Shown: one piece after another, positions 1 to 10,416 of the stretch | Position numbering within the stretch: the stretch's first letter is position 1 | Layout of the letters: every line of letters begins with the position of its first letter | Assembly (NCBI GenBank): GCA_029258835.1 | Contig: JAPDJY010000006.1 | Coordinates: 16,497 to 80,496 of the forward strand | Direction of reading: 5' to 3' | DNA from: Thermoproteota archaeon | Lineage (GTDB): Archaea; Asgardarchaeota; Jordiarchaeia; Jordiarchaeales; Freyrarchaeaceae | Length of the DNA: 64,000 bases | Program-made: the position numbers and the translations under genes | Notes under the pieces: model-generated | The model's input: only the letters and a program-made list of their open reading frames with translations | The model's database searches: none | What the model was told of the DNA's origin: nothing

Positions 1-62
1 TGTAAAATGGGTTTTAACCCTTCGCAGCGGAACACCTCCCAAAGGGGAGGGGCAGACTTAAA

Positions 63-803
63 GTGTCGGAGGAAGAACTAGCTAACGATAAGATTAAGGC
101 TACATTAGAGGATGGTGCTCCCGTATCACTCACGGACTTAGAAAATGGCATATCTTACAGTGAAAATGGCCGCTTCATGACTCAAAGGTTCTCCTTTAAA
201 GAGAATGGGCAAGCGTCAGAGGCAAACGTTATGGTGACCAATACAGGGAAGAGAGGCGTCTATGCAGAGGTCACCGTCCACTTTAAACCGGTGGAACAAG
301 TATTAGTGGTAACATCCTACAGAGTTTACAGTAGTCTGCCCCTTTTAGAAATCGAAACAACTCTACGCTTCTCAGGAAGCCTTACTGGAGTGATTGAACC
401 CTCAGTCATACATCCCGGCTTCCCCAGACCAAGGGAGCTTTGGAGGGAAATAGGAGGACACATTAATAGAGTAACTATTGAGAAGGGGAAAGCTAGGTTT
501 TTACTAGCCAATAACTGGCTGGCGGCATGCAGCGGCGATAAAGGGTTAATGATCGCAGGAGACGGTTTAACACGTGCCTTAAAGGAAGTACGTGAATCTA
601 ATCAGGAGATAACCCTCTTTAGGGCCGAAACCATGTTTAAAGCCAACCAGTACGAGCATTTTACTGGAAGCTACAAGATAAGAACCGCAATAATCCCCTT
701 GAAGGGATCGCCAACAAGCGAGGACGTAGCCCTTGCAAAAGCATATACCTTTAGCCCAAAACAAATACATTTAACCCACTTCGATGGACCAAGATTTGAA
801 TAA
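63..803 (+). CDS. Hypothetical protein resembling the C-terminal beta-sandwich of GH38 alpha-mannosidase-like proteins; probably the 3' part of a longer, frameshifted gene
   Basis: 246-aa ORF with beta-rich pattern (PLLEIETTL, NNWLAACSGDKGLMIA). Another frame is open from the window start (VKWVLTLRSGTPPKGEG) and joins it if one G is removed from the G-run at ~49-52. Confidence 0.35.
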   Translation: MSEEELANDKIKATLEDGAPVSLTDLENGISYSENGRFMTQRFSFKENGQASEANVMVTNTGKRGVYAEVTVHFKPVEQVLVVTSYRVYSSLPLLEIETTLRFSGSLTGVIEPSVIHPGFPRPRELWREIGGHINRVTIEKGKARFLLANNWLAACSGDKGLMIAGDGLTRALKEVRESNQEITLFRAETMFKANQYEHFTGSYKIRTAIIPLKGSPTSEDVALAKAYTFSPKQIHLTHFDGPRFE

Positions 804-886
804 CATTGAAACAAAAGGGACAGGTTAACGCCCAATAAACTTTAAAATTGCTTCGCATGGGCTGTTTCTCTCTGTAAAGACGCCTC

Positions 887-1762
887 CTACAGTGCGCGCA
901 GCCTCTCTGGCCTCAGGCTAACCTCTCCATTTAGAGCTAGCCTTATTACCTTTAAGATCTCCTCTTTGTCTTGGGGCAGTGTTCCACCTATTGGAAGGTA
1001 GTTTGAAGCGTGATTACTCCTGAAAATACAGTCTGAAAGCTCTAATTCCTTAACAAGCACCTCCATTTCCTTTAGGACTCCTTGAACCGTCTGAGGCTGA
1101 AAAAGTCCCTCTTCAGCCTCCCTGTAAAGTTGCGTCCCTGGAACAAGCATAAGAGTTAGCGCTCCAATAAACGGCGGGTCTATCTCATTAAGAACATTAG
1201 CTGTGCCCTCAGCATGTTCCCTCCACCTTTCTCTCCCACCTAAGCCGAGAATAATAGTTACCGAAAGAGTTATCCCTGCATCCATGAGCCTCTTGCACGC
1301 TTTAATGGTCTGCTTAGCGTTCACTCCCTTTCTAACTCTTCTTAAAACGACATCGTCGCCCGACTCGACGCCCAAGTACACTATTTTAAGACCTGCCTCT
1401 CTTAACTCACTCAACTCATCAGGCCTCTTCCTTAGGGCGTCCTGCGCACAGGCATAGACACCAACTCTCTCAAGCCTAGGGAAAACAGCATTAAGGAGCT
1501 CTAAGATCTCCAGAAGGTCTCCAGTATCCATGCAGAGCGCATTAGCGTCAAGGAGGAAAACCCTTCTAACCCATGGCCCATATATTTTCCTAGCCATGAG
1601 AATGTCTTCCTTCACCTCATCAACCGGCCTTACATAGAATTGCTTTAACAAGTTTGACCCACAAAAAGTACACTTATTATATGAGCAGCCAACTGTCGCT
1701 TGGATAAGCAAGCTATGCGCCTCGCTTGGCGGCCTGAAGACCGGCTCAACGTACCTAACCAT
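887..1762 (-). CDS. Radical SAM protein
   Basis: CxxxCxxC motif CSYNKCTFC; RPPSEAxS N-terminus; GVESG and FRSNHASNYL motifs. Confidence 0.9.
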   Translation of the reverse strand: MVRYVEPVFRPPSEAHSLLIQATVGCSYNKCTFCGSNLLKQFYVRPVDEVKEDILMARKIYGPWVRRVFLLDANALCMDTGDLLEILELLNAVFPRLERVGVYACAQDALRKRPDELSELREAGLKIVYLGVESGDDVVLRRVRKGVNAKQTIKACKRLMDAGITLSVTIILGLGGRERWREHAEGTANVLNEIDPPFIGALTLMLVPGTQLYREAEEGLFQPQTVQGVLKEMEVLVKELELSDCIFRSNHASNYLPIGGTLPQDKEEILKVIRLALNGEVSLRPERLRAL

Positions 1763-1774
1763 TTCCTCCCTCCT

Positions 1775-2599
1775 TCACGTTCCAATTCTCAGCTTCTCGG
1801 TAAGGTTTCTCAGCGTCCTAACAGCACTTAAGGCCGCAAGGTAGCTTGTTTCCGGGTTCTCAGGGCTGGGATAGTTATGTGTTACACAAAGAAGCCTTCC
1901 AAAGCTTCCCTTAGCATGGATCTCATGTACATTCCTATTTATCGTCGGGTCTGCAATCACCTTAACCTTCGTCCTGTCAGCCCCTATCCCTGCAAGGCTC
2001 AGGGACAACGCCACGTTGATCCCCTTAGGGAAGAGTGGGGCCGCCTCCCTAGCTGACCCCTCAAAAAGGACTGTGGGCCTAGTCACCTTGTCCAAGTCTA
2101 TTCCTTTCGATTCAACGTACCTGTTGCCCTTAAATGCTCTAGGCGGCTTTCTCGTAACGAGCTCCACCACCTCCAGCTCCTCCATAGCTGCGGCTTTAAC
2201 AGCGTCCAGCCCGCTTATCGCCCCGGAGGGAATGTATACGTGCACATCCCTCTCTCTTAATATCTCAACGATTCTATCGTAGAGTTCCTGATCGTGAAAT
2301 GCTCCAACACTTAAAACCATCAGGTCCTTTCCGGCCATCAACACCTTCTCTCCATACTCCTTCACGGCGCTTGGAGCAGCCGCCTCAACAACCAGGTTTA
2401 CGGCCTCGTCTCTGACGATCTCATCGATGCTCCCCGCAACTCTCACCCTTCTCTTTAAGGAGTCAGCTAGCCTCCTCGCTTTTTCGCCATCCAAGTCAAA
2501 TAGGTAGACGAGTTCCACGTCGCCGGCTCTACCCTCATCAATAGCTCTAGCTAGGATGCCTCCAATCACGCCGCAACCCACGATGGCGACTCTTATCAA
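1775..2599 (-). CDS. nadX: L-aspartate dehydrogenase
   Basis: Rossmann GCGVIG; YIPSGAISGLD, TRKPP, NVHEI and SPENPETSYLAALS motifs. Confidence 0.92.
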   Translation of the reverse strand: MIRVAIVGCGVIGGILARAIDEGRAGDVELVYLFDLDGEKARRLADSLKRRVRVAGSIDEIVRDEAVNLVVEAAAPSAVKEYGEKVLMAGKDLMVLSVGAFHDQELYDRIVEILRERDVHVYIPSGAISGLDAVKAAAMEELEVVELVTRKPPRAFKGNRYVESKGIDLDKVTRPTVLFEGSAREAAPLFPKGINVALSLSLAGIGADRTKVKVIADPTINRNVHEIHAKGSFGRLLCVTHNYPSPENPETSYLAALSAVRTLRNLTEKLRIGT

Positions 2600-2715
2600 A
2601 AGCGCCTCCTCCTACCGCTTCTAAGCATAACGAACCTTCAATCCAGTAGCAGCCATAAAACTTACGTGAACCAGTAGATGATAAGTGTTATAAAAAAAGT
2701 TTGGGTTGGCCCTCA

Positions 2716-3366
2716 ATGTACGCGGCCGTTGTTAAGGTTGGAGGAAGCCTGGCACGCCTCAAAAAAGACATGTTACGCCTCTGCGCCTCCCTATCACGCC
2801 TAGCTCAGCGCTATCAAATGCTTATCGTCCCAGGAGGCGGGGCGTTCGCCGATAAGGTGAGAGAAGCCTACCGGAGATTCAGGCTGAGCGACGACGCGGC
2901 ACACTGGATGGCGCTTACAGCGATGAACCAGTTCGGCTTCATGCTGGCAGAAATGGTTGGGGTGGAAGCGGCGGAAAGACCCTCCGAAGACGGGAAATCC
3001 ATTGTCCTGCTTCCATTTAGAATCATGCTAGAGGACGATCCTCTCCCCCACAGCTGGGATGCGACATCCGACTCGGTAGCAGCCTACATTGCGTGGAAGT
3101 TCGGCATCGCAAAGGTCGTGATCCTCACCGACGTCGATGGCGTCTTCTCGTCAGACCCTAAGAGGAATCCTAACGCTAAGCTGCTCCGCGAGGTGAAAGC
3201 GTCGAAGCTAGCTGGCTTCAAAAAGGCTACAAGCGTCGATCCGCTATTCCCTAGGCTCATAGGAAGATACCGCCTTAAAGCATGGGTTTTAAACGGGAAG
3301 CATCCGGATAGGCTGGAGCAAGTGCTGTTAGGCGGAAAACCCGTTGGAACCAGAATTCTAATCTGA
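2716..3366 (+). CDS. mfnE: Amino-acid-kinase-family protein, probable methanofuran biosynthesis kinase MfnE
   Basis: VKVGGSL, VPGGGAFAD, AHWMAL, PHSWDATSDS and TDVDG motifs; close to mfnB. Confidence 0.75.
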   Translation: MYAAVVKVGGSLARLKKDMLRLCASLSRLAQRYQMLIVPGGGAFADKVREAYRRFRLSDDAAHWMALTAMNQFGFMLAEMVGVEAAERPSEDGKSIVLLPFRIMLEDDPLPHSWDATSDSVAAYIAWKFGIAKVVILTDVDGVFSSDPKRNPNAKLLREVKASKLAGFKKATSVDPLFPRLIGRYRLKAWVLNGKHPDRLEQVLLGGKPVGTRILI

Positions 3367-4152
3367 CCCTCTCAGGAGCATGTCCGGGCTCTTAAGGATC
3401 GTTTTTATCGCATCCCTCAGCCAGAAAACCTCCGTCCTCCAGTCAACATCAAGGTAACCTCTCAGCTCAAGCCAGTTTAGCACCTTCCTAGTCGAGCTTA
3501 AGTTAAACCCCATCTTCTCGCTGAAACGGCTGATCCCTCCTACCTCGCCGTCATAAGCGTCCAGAACGCTCAGGATGGGAGCAGCCTTCTTAACCAAGAG
3601 CGCCAGCAGCCTCCTAAGCGATAAGGAAACGTTCAACCCGGTCACGGCGCTCGTGCCAACGACGGGGACGTCGCCGGGAATGCCCAGAGCCTCCCTAACC
3701 TCCTCTGGCCTGCGCGCCCCATCGATATCCTGCTTGTTCGCCATAACGACGCAGACGACCCCCGGCAGAAACTCCTTAACCTCCCTCCACACGGTTAAAG
3801 CCTCCTCGTCCCTCCTCTCGTCTGCACTGTCAACAACGAACAAAACCCCGTCAGCCCCCTTAGAAAGAATCTCCCTTAAAACCCTAAAATGCTTTAATCC
3901 TGGGGTGCCGAAAAGGTGTATGGTTAACCCGCTAACATCGGTTTTTCCGTAGTCAAGCGCAACAGTTGTCCCATGCTTCTCAATGTTAATACTATCCCCA
4001 CTTGAAAGCGCCTTCACAACACTCGACTTACCGGCACGAAACCCGCCAGTAACTAGGATCTTCAAACCCGACCCACACAACCCCTCTAAAAACCGAAACT
4101 CACAGGGAAAAATCCACCCTAAAAATCTTTTGGAACACCCCACAGGAAACAA
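3358..4152 (-). CDS. Small Ras-superfamily (Arf/MglA-like) GTPase with C-terminal winged-helix extension
   Basis: G1 GGFRAGKS, G2 TTVALDYG, G3 GTPG, G4 NKQD, G5 TSA; C-terminal helix-turn-helix-wing pattern; true start probably near 4065. Confidence 0.8.
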   Translation of the reverse strand: MFPVGCSKRFLGWIFPCEFRFLEGLCGSGLKILVTGGFRAGKSSVVKALSSGDSINIEKHGTTVALDYGKTDVSGLTIHLFGTPGLKHFRVLREILSKGADGVLFVVDSADERRDEEALTVWREVKEFLPGVVCVVMANKQDIDGARRPEEVREALGIPGDVPVVGTSAVTGLNVSLSLRRLLALLVKKAAPILSVLDAYDGEVGGISRFSEKMGFNLSSTRKVLNWLELRGYLDVDWRTEVFWLRDAIKTILKSPDMLLRGSD

Positions 4153-4195
4153 TCAACACAAAATGCTAACGAGCTGAAAAAGAAAAATTAAAACC

Positions 4196-4948
4196 CTAAA
4201 TCCCCGCTTTAACGTCTACGCCACAAGCCCTTCCCTTCTCCGCCTCCCTAATGGCTCTAACCAGCTCTTCAACTCTCGTACGCGTTATACGACCCCTCAA
4301 CCTGTCAGCTCCCTCGCATGCAGCCCCCCTAACCCCAACTATGTCCGCTCCAACCCTAACAATTAAGGGCAGCTCCTCCTTCCTCAGTGAGCCAGCCAAG
4401 GCCACCGTCAACCCCCGCTCCTTCGCAAGGGAAACAAACCTCTCCACACCATCCAAACCCCATAGGTCCAGCAGGCTTAAGCCATCCTTAACAGCGGTGT
4501 CAACCATCGCCACGTCAGCGCCCGCAGCCTCCACAATGGAGGGAACAAGGAACGGGTCAACAGCCCCAACCATCTCAGCGTCAGCATACCCTGCAAGAAC
4601 AACTTTAACCTCAGAGCTAAACTCCTTAACACTCCTCACAGCCTGCTTCGAAAGGTGAACAGCAGAATCAAAGCTCCTCACACCGTAAAGCCCGATTTTA
4701 ACGTAGTTTGCCCCGCTCACAGCAGCCCCAAGAGCCGCCAGAGCCACAGTGCCAGGCTTGTCGGGAACATCCCCAACAGTGGCACTAACCTCAATACCCC
4801 TCGGAACCACAGCCCTGATCCTCCGGATCACCCAAGGAAAATTCGCACCCAAACTACCCTCTGCAGGATTCTTCACGTCTATGATATCAGCCCCTCCGGC
4901 AACAGCCTCCAAGGCCTCAAGCTCGTCAACAGGACTCACCAGAAGCAT
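4196..4948 (-). CDS. mfnB: (5-formylfuran-3-yl)methyl phosphate synthase
   Basis: LLVSP...GGADIIDVKNPAEGSLGANFPW, SATVGD, DTAVKDG, ALAGSL, GVRGAAC. Confidence 0.92.
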   Translation of the reverse strand: MLLVSPVDELEALEAVAGGADIIDVKNPAEGSLGANFPWVIRRIRAVVPRGIEVSATVGDVPDKPGTVALAALGAAVSGANYVKIGLYGVRSFDSAVHLSKQAVRSVKEFSSEVKVVLAGYADAEMVGAVDPFLVPSIVEAAGADVAMVDTAVKDGLSLLDLWGLDGVERFVSLAKERGLTVALAGSLRKEELPLIVRVGADIVGVRGAACEGADRLRGRITRTRVEELVRAIREAEKGRACGVDVKAGI

Positions 4949-5546
4949 CAAAGCAACCACCACCAGCCTAAACACCACTAACAACAAATAAAATATTTAC
5001 CTTTCGTTTAAAGCCATCAATCGCAAAAAGAAGCCCGCACCCAATAACCCCATCCATCCGGCATCCTCAACCCCCCGTCACCATACCAAGGAAAACATCT
5101 CACCCCCCGCATACCCCTCTCAAGATCATACCCGCCAACCAACCCTCGAAAGCCACCACGAGCCTCCACCCACTCCCTCCACCACCGCCCTCAAAACGAA
5201 AGGCACCCCTCAGCCACCCTGCAAAATGCCGAAGCCACGGAGCTTAAGCGGGAAACCAACTCGAGAAACCAACAAGAAACACCCAAAAACCGGCAATCCA
5301 CACGTCCAAAGGCTCCAAGGCCTCCAGCCACAAACCCATGAAAAGATGAAATCACCATCGGAAAATGTCAAAAAGCAATGCAGACTCTACACTCAAGATC
5401 ATCCTCATCCCTCAAGAGGTCAGAGGGGTCAGACCTATCATCGTCTGCAAACTAAAAAACAACCCAGAAGCCAATAAAAGTTTCGATACAAAAACCACCC
5501 AACTATAAAAAGTAATAAAGATAAAAGGGGAGATACCCCGCAAAAC

Positions 5547-7907
5547 CTACTTCTTCTTCCGTATAAGCCTAGGCAGCAACGTCGGGTCAATGATCCTGCT
5601 AGGCTTCCAGCCCCTATCCTTAAGCTCCCTCAACAGATCCTCCTTAAACGTTATAGGAATATCCCCCTCAACCCTGACAAGCTTATGGATATCATCAGGC
5701 CAGTCCTTACCCAAGTACTTCCTCGTTAAGTCAATGTAATGGCTCAACTTTATAGCCCTACCCTTCGTAGTGTCATTCGGCCTCATGCAAAGCTTCGCCG
5801 TCAACACTATACATTCTTCCATCGTGTCCGCTACAACTATCAGGTGCTCCGGCGTTGGACCAACGTAAACCCTATCACCCGTCCTCGCATCATACACGTA
5901 CCAATCCTCATCTATATCCGCCCTACCAAGGTACTGCCTCCTATACTTCGCCCCATGAGGACCTACTATCACCGGTACACCCCAGAAATTAGTTCCAGTA
6001 GCTATGCTCGCCGCCTTCTGCGAATAAGCCCCCCACGCCACTCCAACTGCCCCTACGCGGTTTAAAATGTAATCGGCGATTTCCTCGAAGTTACCCCTCA
6101 GGTTTCTTCTGGCGAATATGCTTGCTATCTTTATCGCTGCACCCGTTATATGTGGATTTGAAACACATGACCCAACGTTTACCAGTCCTCCTGCCTCGAA
6201 AGCTCCTGAATATTTTTCGTAGAGTGTTTTTCCTTCTTCATCCCTGTACCTTGCAATGTCCATTGCTGAGCATCCACTAGCAACCACTATGTACCTTCTC
6301 TTTAGGAACTCTTCAGCCATTAAAGCCACTTCGTGTGTTCCCTTAGGATAGTTAGCGCAGCCTACGTAGGCTACGACTCCCGGTATTTCACCGAGAACTA
6401 TTGGTGCACCTACCTCTCTTATTTCAGTATCTCTTATTGGTCCTCTACCAGCACGCATCTTATACTTGTCCTCTTTAATCTGCTTTTCAGCTGCCTTCAC
6501 TATCAAGTCGTGGATTGGTATTCCCTGTGGGCAGGCTTGACTGCACCTGTTGCATGCGACGCATGGGTCGTAGAGGTCTGCAAGCATGTTTAGGTTGCCT
6601 TCGGCTGCTGCTTTGACCGCGTAGCCTATGGGTAGGTCCTCTGGGCATGCTCTCTGGCATGTGAGGCAGAGGGTGCATTTGGATGCCCATTCGATGAGCT
6701 TTTTCTTGTCTGGTATTACCTTAAACTTCTTTCTTAGTGGTGCGAGTTTCATGGCTACTCTTACGGCAACTTCTCCTGCTTTCTCCGGGTCAGATATGAA
6801 AACTCCGTTATTGGTTTGTTCGAGTGCTCCTTTAACTAGGTCTTCCACTATTTCGTCTGTTGGGTCGTTTGTTCTGTCCGGTAATCCTCCTGCGTTCTTC
6901 TCGTTTGTGGCGATGAATGCCGCCTTTATCCTTCTAGCCTCTAGAATGTTGTCCGTCCTTATGCATTGCTCGTCTACCATGATGACGTCTGGAACTCCTG
7001 ACCGGATTATCTTTAGTTGTCTAGCTAGGGAGCCGACGATTTTATACTTGGGGTCGTACCTCGTGAAGTCTATGGCTGTGCAGCATATTCCGCAAACTTC
7101 TACTTCGTCCTCAAGCCTGTGCTCTCTGAGGTAGTCGATGACTCCTATTGCGGGAAGCACGTTGTGGCCTATTGCCAAGACCACGGGTTTGGTTACATCT
7201 ATCGTGCCCATCCCTATGTCTACTAGGGGTGCTTCAGGATCTCCCTTCGGGAATCCTAAGGTTACTATCTGGACGAGGTCTGCGACCTCCATTGAGATCT
7301 GGTCCATGAACCCTACGTGAAGAGCCTTGGCTTCGAAATCTAAGTAGTTGCTTTCCTGTCCTGTATGCGTGGCTGAGAGGCAGTGCATAATGTTTTCGTC
7401 GACATAGTCGAGTACTGGGATGAGGTCTCTCAGAACTTTGGGTCTTACACCACATATGGTTCGTGTTACAGGTGCTTCGACTTCTATCTCGTCTCCAAGG
7501 TCTATCGGGTAGTCGGGACCATATTTATGGATAAGCTCGCGGAGCAGGTGTCTTGCGTGTCCTGCGTGAGCGGCACAACCCATAAGGCAGGCTAACAAAA
7601 CAATTCTTCCCTGCTGGTCTTCGATATTAAGGCCGCACGCCCCCCTCTTCCCGGCGGTGAGGTCGCAGTGTCCAAAGGTGCATAGGCAGCACCTATCACA
7701 GAAGGGTGCATAAAATGGCCTGTACCTTTTTAAAAGTGTGTGAGCCCAGCTTCTTGTTGTTAGGATGTCCGGGAAAGGTGTTGGTCCTTGCGGCTCCCAT
7801 TCTTCTTCCTCTTCTATGATTTCACCTATGTACATCTCTAAGTTTTTGAAGGATGCTATACCTGTTGTTAATGAGTCTGCTTTTATTTTTGCGGCTGGTC
7901 TTACCAT
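5547..7907 (-). CDS. cdhA: CO dehydrogenase/acetyl-CoA synthase complex alpha subunit
   Basis: CDRCCLCTFGHC, HAGHARH, GICCT, two extra CxxCxxCxxxCP motifs, GSCVSN, GAYSQKA; start set at MVRPAAK after GGAGG. Confidence 0.96.
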   Translation of the reverse strand: MVRPAAKIKADSLTTGIASFKNLEMYIGEIIEEEEEWEPQGPTPFPDILTTRSWAHTLLKRYRPFYAPFCDRCCLCTFGHCDLTAGKRGACGLNIEDQQGRIVLLACLMGCAAHAGHARHLLRELIHKYGPDYPIDLGDEIEVEAPVTRTICGVRPKVLRDLIPVLDYVDENIMHCLSATHTGQESNYLDFEAKALHVGFMDQISMEVADLVQIVTLGFPKGDPEAPLVDIGMGTIDVTKPVVLAIGHNVLPAIGVIDYLREHRLEDEVEVCGICCTAIDFTRYDPKYKIVGSLARQLKIIRSGVPDVIMVDEQCIRTDNILEARRIKAAFIATNEKNAGGLPDRTNDPTDEIVEDLVKGALEQTNNGVFISDPEKAGEVAVRVAMKLAPLRKKFKVIPDKKKLIEWASKCTLCLTCQRACPEDLPIGYAVKAAAEGNLNMLADLYDPCVACNRCSQACPQGIPIHDLIVKAAEKQIKEDKYKMRAGRGPIRDTEIREVGAPIVLGEIPGVVAYVGCANYPKGTHEVALMAEEFLKRRYIVVASGCSAMDIARYRDEEGKTLYEKYSGAFEAGGLVNVGSCVSNPHITGAAIKIASIFARRNLRGNFEEIADYILNRVGAVGVAWGAYSQKAASIATGTNFWGVPVIVGPHGAKYRRQYLGRADIDEDWYVYDARTGDRVYVGPTPEHLIVVADTMEECIVLTAKLCMRPNDTTKGRAIKLSHYIDLTRKYLGKDWPDDIHKLVRVEGDIPITFKEDLLRELKDRGWKPSRIIDPTLLPRLIRKKK

Positions 7908-8184
7908 TTTAACCCTCCATAACTTTTTCCTTATGAGGGGCTCCCGTGGAAATGGGAGTGTAAACTTTGTTTTAAAAGTTTCGTCTATGCTCTTTAACAT
8001 GCATTTTAATCTAATAATTCTCACGTTGCTCTTCCAGTTACAATAGTAGTTTATTTTGAAGCTAAAGGCTGACTACACCATTAATGCATAACTCAAGAGA
8101 AAGAAAGGAAATTTTCCATCCCCACCATTATCCTTCCAAATGATAGTTAAAGCATTAACACTGTAATAAAAAGGAGAGGGGGGT

Positions 8185-9066
8185 TTATAGCCCTAGCTCC
8201 TTCAGATAGATAAAGTGCTTCCCCAAGTTTCCTCCATAGTTTCCGGCTGTTATTTTGACTACGCCAGGCATTTCCATGGCTGCCTTTATTCCGTCCCTCA
8301 TTGCTTGCTTTACGACGTCGAGTGTAGTTCCGTTTATCACAACCTCGTAAGCGCTTCCTACTCCTTCAGGTATTTCGCTGTCCTCAACTTGCTCCCTTAA
8401 TGTTGGGCATAGTTTATGGTTCGTCGTAGCCTTCATGAACTTATACTTTAACGATCCAACTTTACTGCCGCTTCTGCATATTCCTCCAGGGAAGGGAAGT
8501 ATCACGTTGTCTATCTTCTGTATGGCTTCTACTGCTGCCTCGGTTGCTGCAAGTCCCTTCTCCCAGTCCTCAGCTAGCACCATGAAGTTTCCGCCAGCCA
8601 CACCCTTCCTAACCCCCAGCTCCGCCTCCATCTTGAATATGCCTTCCATTACCGGTATCTCGTATATTGTCCTTCCAGCCAGCTCGCTCTTCCTCTGGAA
8701 GCCGTCGCCAAAGTACCTCATCTTCGCTCCGGTATCAAACTTCATTTCAGGATCTTCCATGGCATCAAACACTGCTGTCGTTGGACAGGTGAGAACACAC
8801 TGCCCTATCCTGTTAAGTAGCACGTGGTCAAGGTTCTTCTTTGACGCGAAAAACATCACTATTACTCCTGGCCGTCCATCAGGAGTCTCCGATGATGGAA
8901 CAAACTTGTCTATTCCCGCTTCAGCGTCGCAGGCTATGGTTGAAGTTGCATACCCGGTAACCACGGACGCCGCTATCTTAGCCCACTTCTCACTAGCGGC
9001 AGTTATTAGAACTCTCGCAGCCCAAAGGTTAAAAGCTTCAGCAAAAGTATCTTCTACTTCAACCAC
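8185..9066 (-). CDS. ftr: Formylmethanofuran:H4MPT formyltransferase
   Basis: EDTFAEAF, CDAEAG, TPDGRPG, RIGQCVLTCPTT, GVAGGN, SGSKVGS, AGNYGG. Confidence 0.97.
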   Translation of the reverse strand: MVEVEDTFAEAFNLWAARVLITAASEKWAKIAASVVTGYATSTIACDAEAGIDKFVPSSETPDGRPGVIVMFFASKKNLDHVLLNRIGQCVLTCPTTAVFDAMEDPEMKFDTGAKMRYFGDGFQRKSELAGRTIYEIPVMEGIFKMEAELGVRKGVAGGNFMVLAEDWEKGLAATEAAVEAIQKIDNVILPFPGGICRSGSKVGSLKYKFMKATTNHKLCPTLREQVEDSEIPEGVGSAYEVVINGTTLDVVKQAMRDGIKAAMEMPGVVKITAGNYGGNLGKHFIYLKELGL

Positions 9067-9250
9067 AAGTTTCCCCTCCTTTCCTAAGTGTGGAAAAACC
9101 CTTCAGAACCCATAAAAGATTCTTGCTCCTAACTTAAGAGGTTTACGTTCAACCATAATTAACCTTTAATCGTGTTCTATTAGGCAGAAACCTTTTTAGG
9201 CTGGGTGGTTAGATGAAGGAGTGCATAAAGCATGTTAAGGGTGAATTGTC

Positions 9251-10087
9251 TTGGAGGAAGTTGTTAAGATTGGTGTGGTTAAGACTGGCAACATTGGTAC
9301 AGCTCCTCTTTTAGAGCTTTTGCTGGACGAGAGAGCTGATAGGAAGGACATCGACGTGAGGGTAGTAGGCTCTGGGGCTAAGCTTAACCCCGAGCAAGCA
9401 GAAGAAGTTGCTAGGAAAGTGCTCGAATTTAACCCTAACCTCGTACTTACTGTAAGCCCTAACGCCGCCCTTCCAGGACCAAGTAAGGTTAGGGAGGTAC
9501 TGGCTGAAGCAGGTGTTCCAACGATAGTGATCTCCGATGCCCCTGGGAAGAAAGCTAAGGAAGATATCGAAGGAAAAGGTCAAGGGTACATTATTATAAA
9601 CGCAGACGCTATGATCGGAGCAAGAAGAGAGTTCTTAGACCCCATTGAAATGGCACTCTTCAACGCTGACGTAATAAAAGTCTTAGCAATCACAGGAGCC
9701 CTCACGGTGATATACCAAGAAATAGATAAAGTTATAGATGCGATAAAAAAAGGCGAACAGCCCACTCTGCCAAGAATAGTGGTTAATAAGAACGTGGCTG
9801 TTGAAGCCGCAAACTTCAGCAACCCGTATGCAAAAGCTAAGGCGATAGCAGCTTACGAGGCCGCATCCACAGTAGCAGACCTCAACGTTGAAGGCTGCTT
9901 CAAAGTTCAGGAATACGAAAAGTACGTTCCACTTGTTGCAGCCGCACATGAGCTGATGAGGCAAGCTGCTCTACTAGCTGACGAAGCAAGGGAACTGGAA
10001 AAGGCGGGCGACAGCGTCCTGAGAATGCCCCATAAAAAGTCAGGGGAAATAGTTTCAAAGCGCGCTTTAATATCGAAGCCCTCCTAA
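9251..10087 (+). CDS. mtd: F420-dependent methylene-H4MPT dehydrogenase
   Basis: GNIGT, LDERADR, SPNAALPGP, MIGARREFLDP, FSNPYAKAKA, AAAHE. Confidence 0.97.
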   Translation: MEEVVKIGVVKTGNIGTAPLLELLLDERADRKDIDVRVVGSGAKLNPEQAEEVARKVLEFNPNLVLTVSPNAALPGPSKVREVLAEAGVPTIVISDAPGKKAKEDIEGKGQGYIIINADAMIGARREFLDPIEMALFNADVIKVLAITGALTVIYQEIDKVIDAIKKGEQPTLPRIVVNKNVAVEAANFSNPYAKAKAIAAYEAASTVADLNVEGCFKVQEYEKYVPLVAAAHELMRQAALLADEARELEKAGDSVLRMPHKKSGEIVSKRALISKPS

Positions 10088-10416
10088 ACCACCTCTACCT
10101 CTCCACCATTCATCACCCATTTTTTATGAATGCTTCCAAATCCAACTCTCTCCTGTATGCCTTTACATGATTTAGGCTTTTACCTGATTCTTTGAGTTTT
10201 CCTGATTACTTGTACATTTAATTATGATTGATTATGATTGAGAGGAATTCTCTCTTTTATTTAAATATGATTTATAAGAATTAACTTTTCCTTTCTCTTT
10301 CGGTAAACTTAAAAAGCACGGGGATCTTCTCATTCAGAAAAGGCTTTCTAATCTACACTAGTAGGTCATTTGAAATGTATGTTGAAGTTTATGTTAAAGT
10401 TTTAGGGTGTCCGAAA

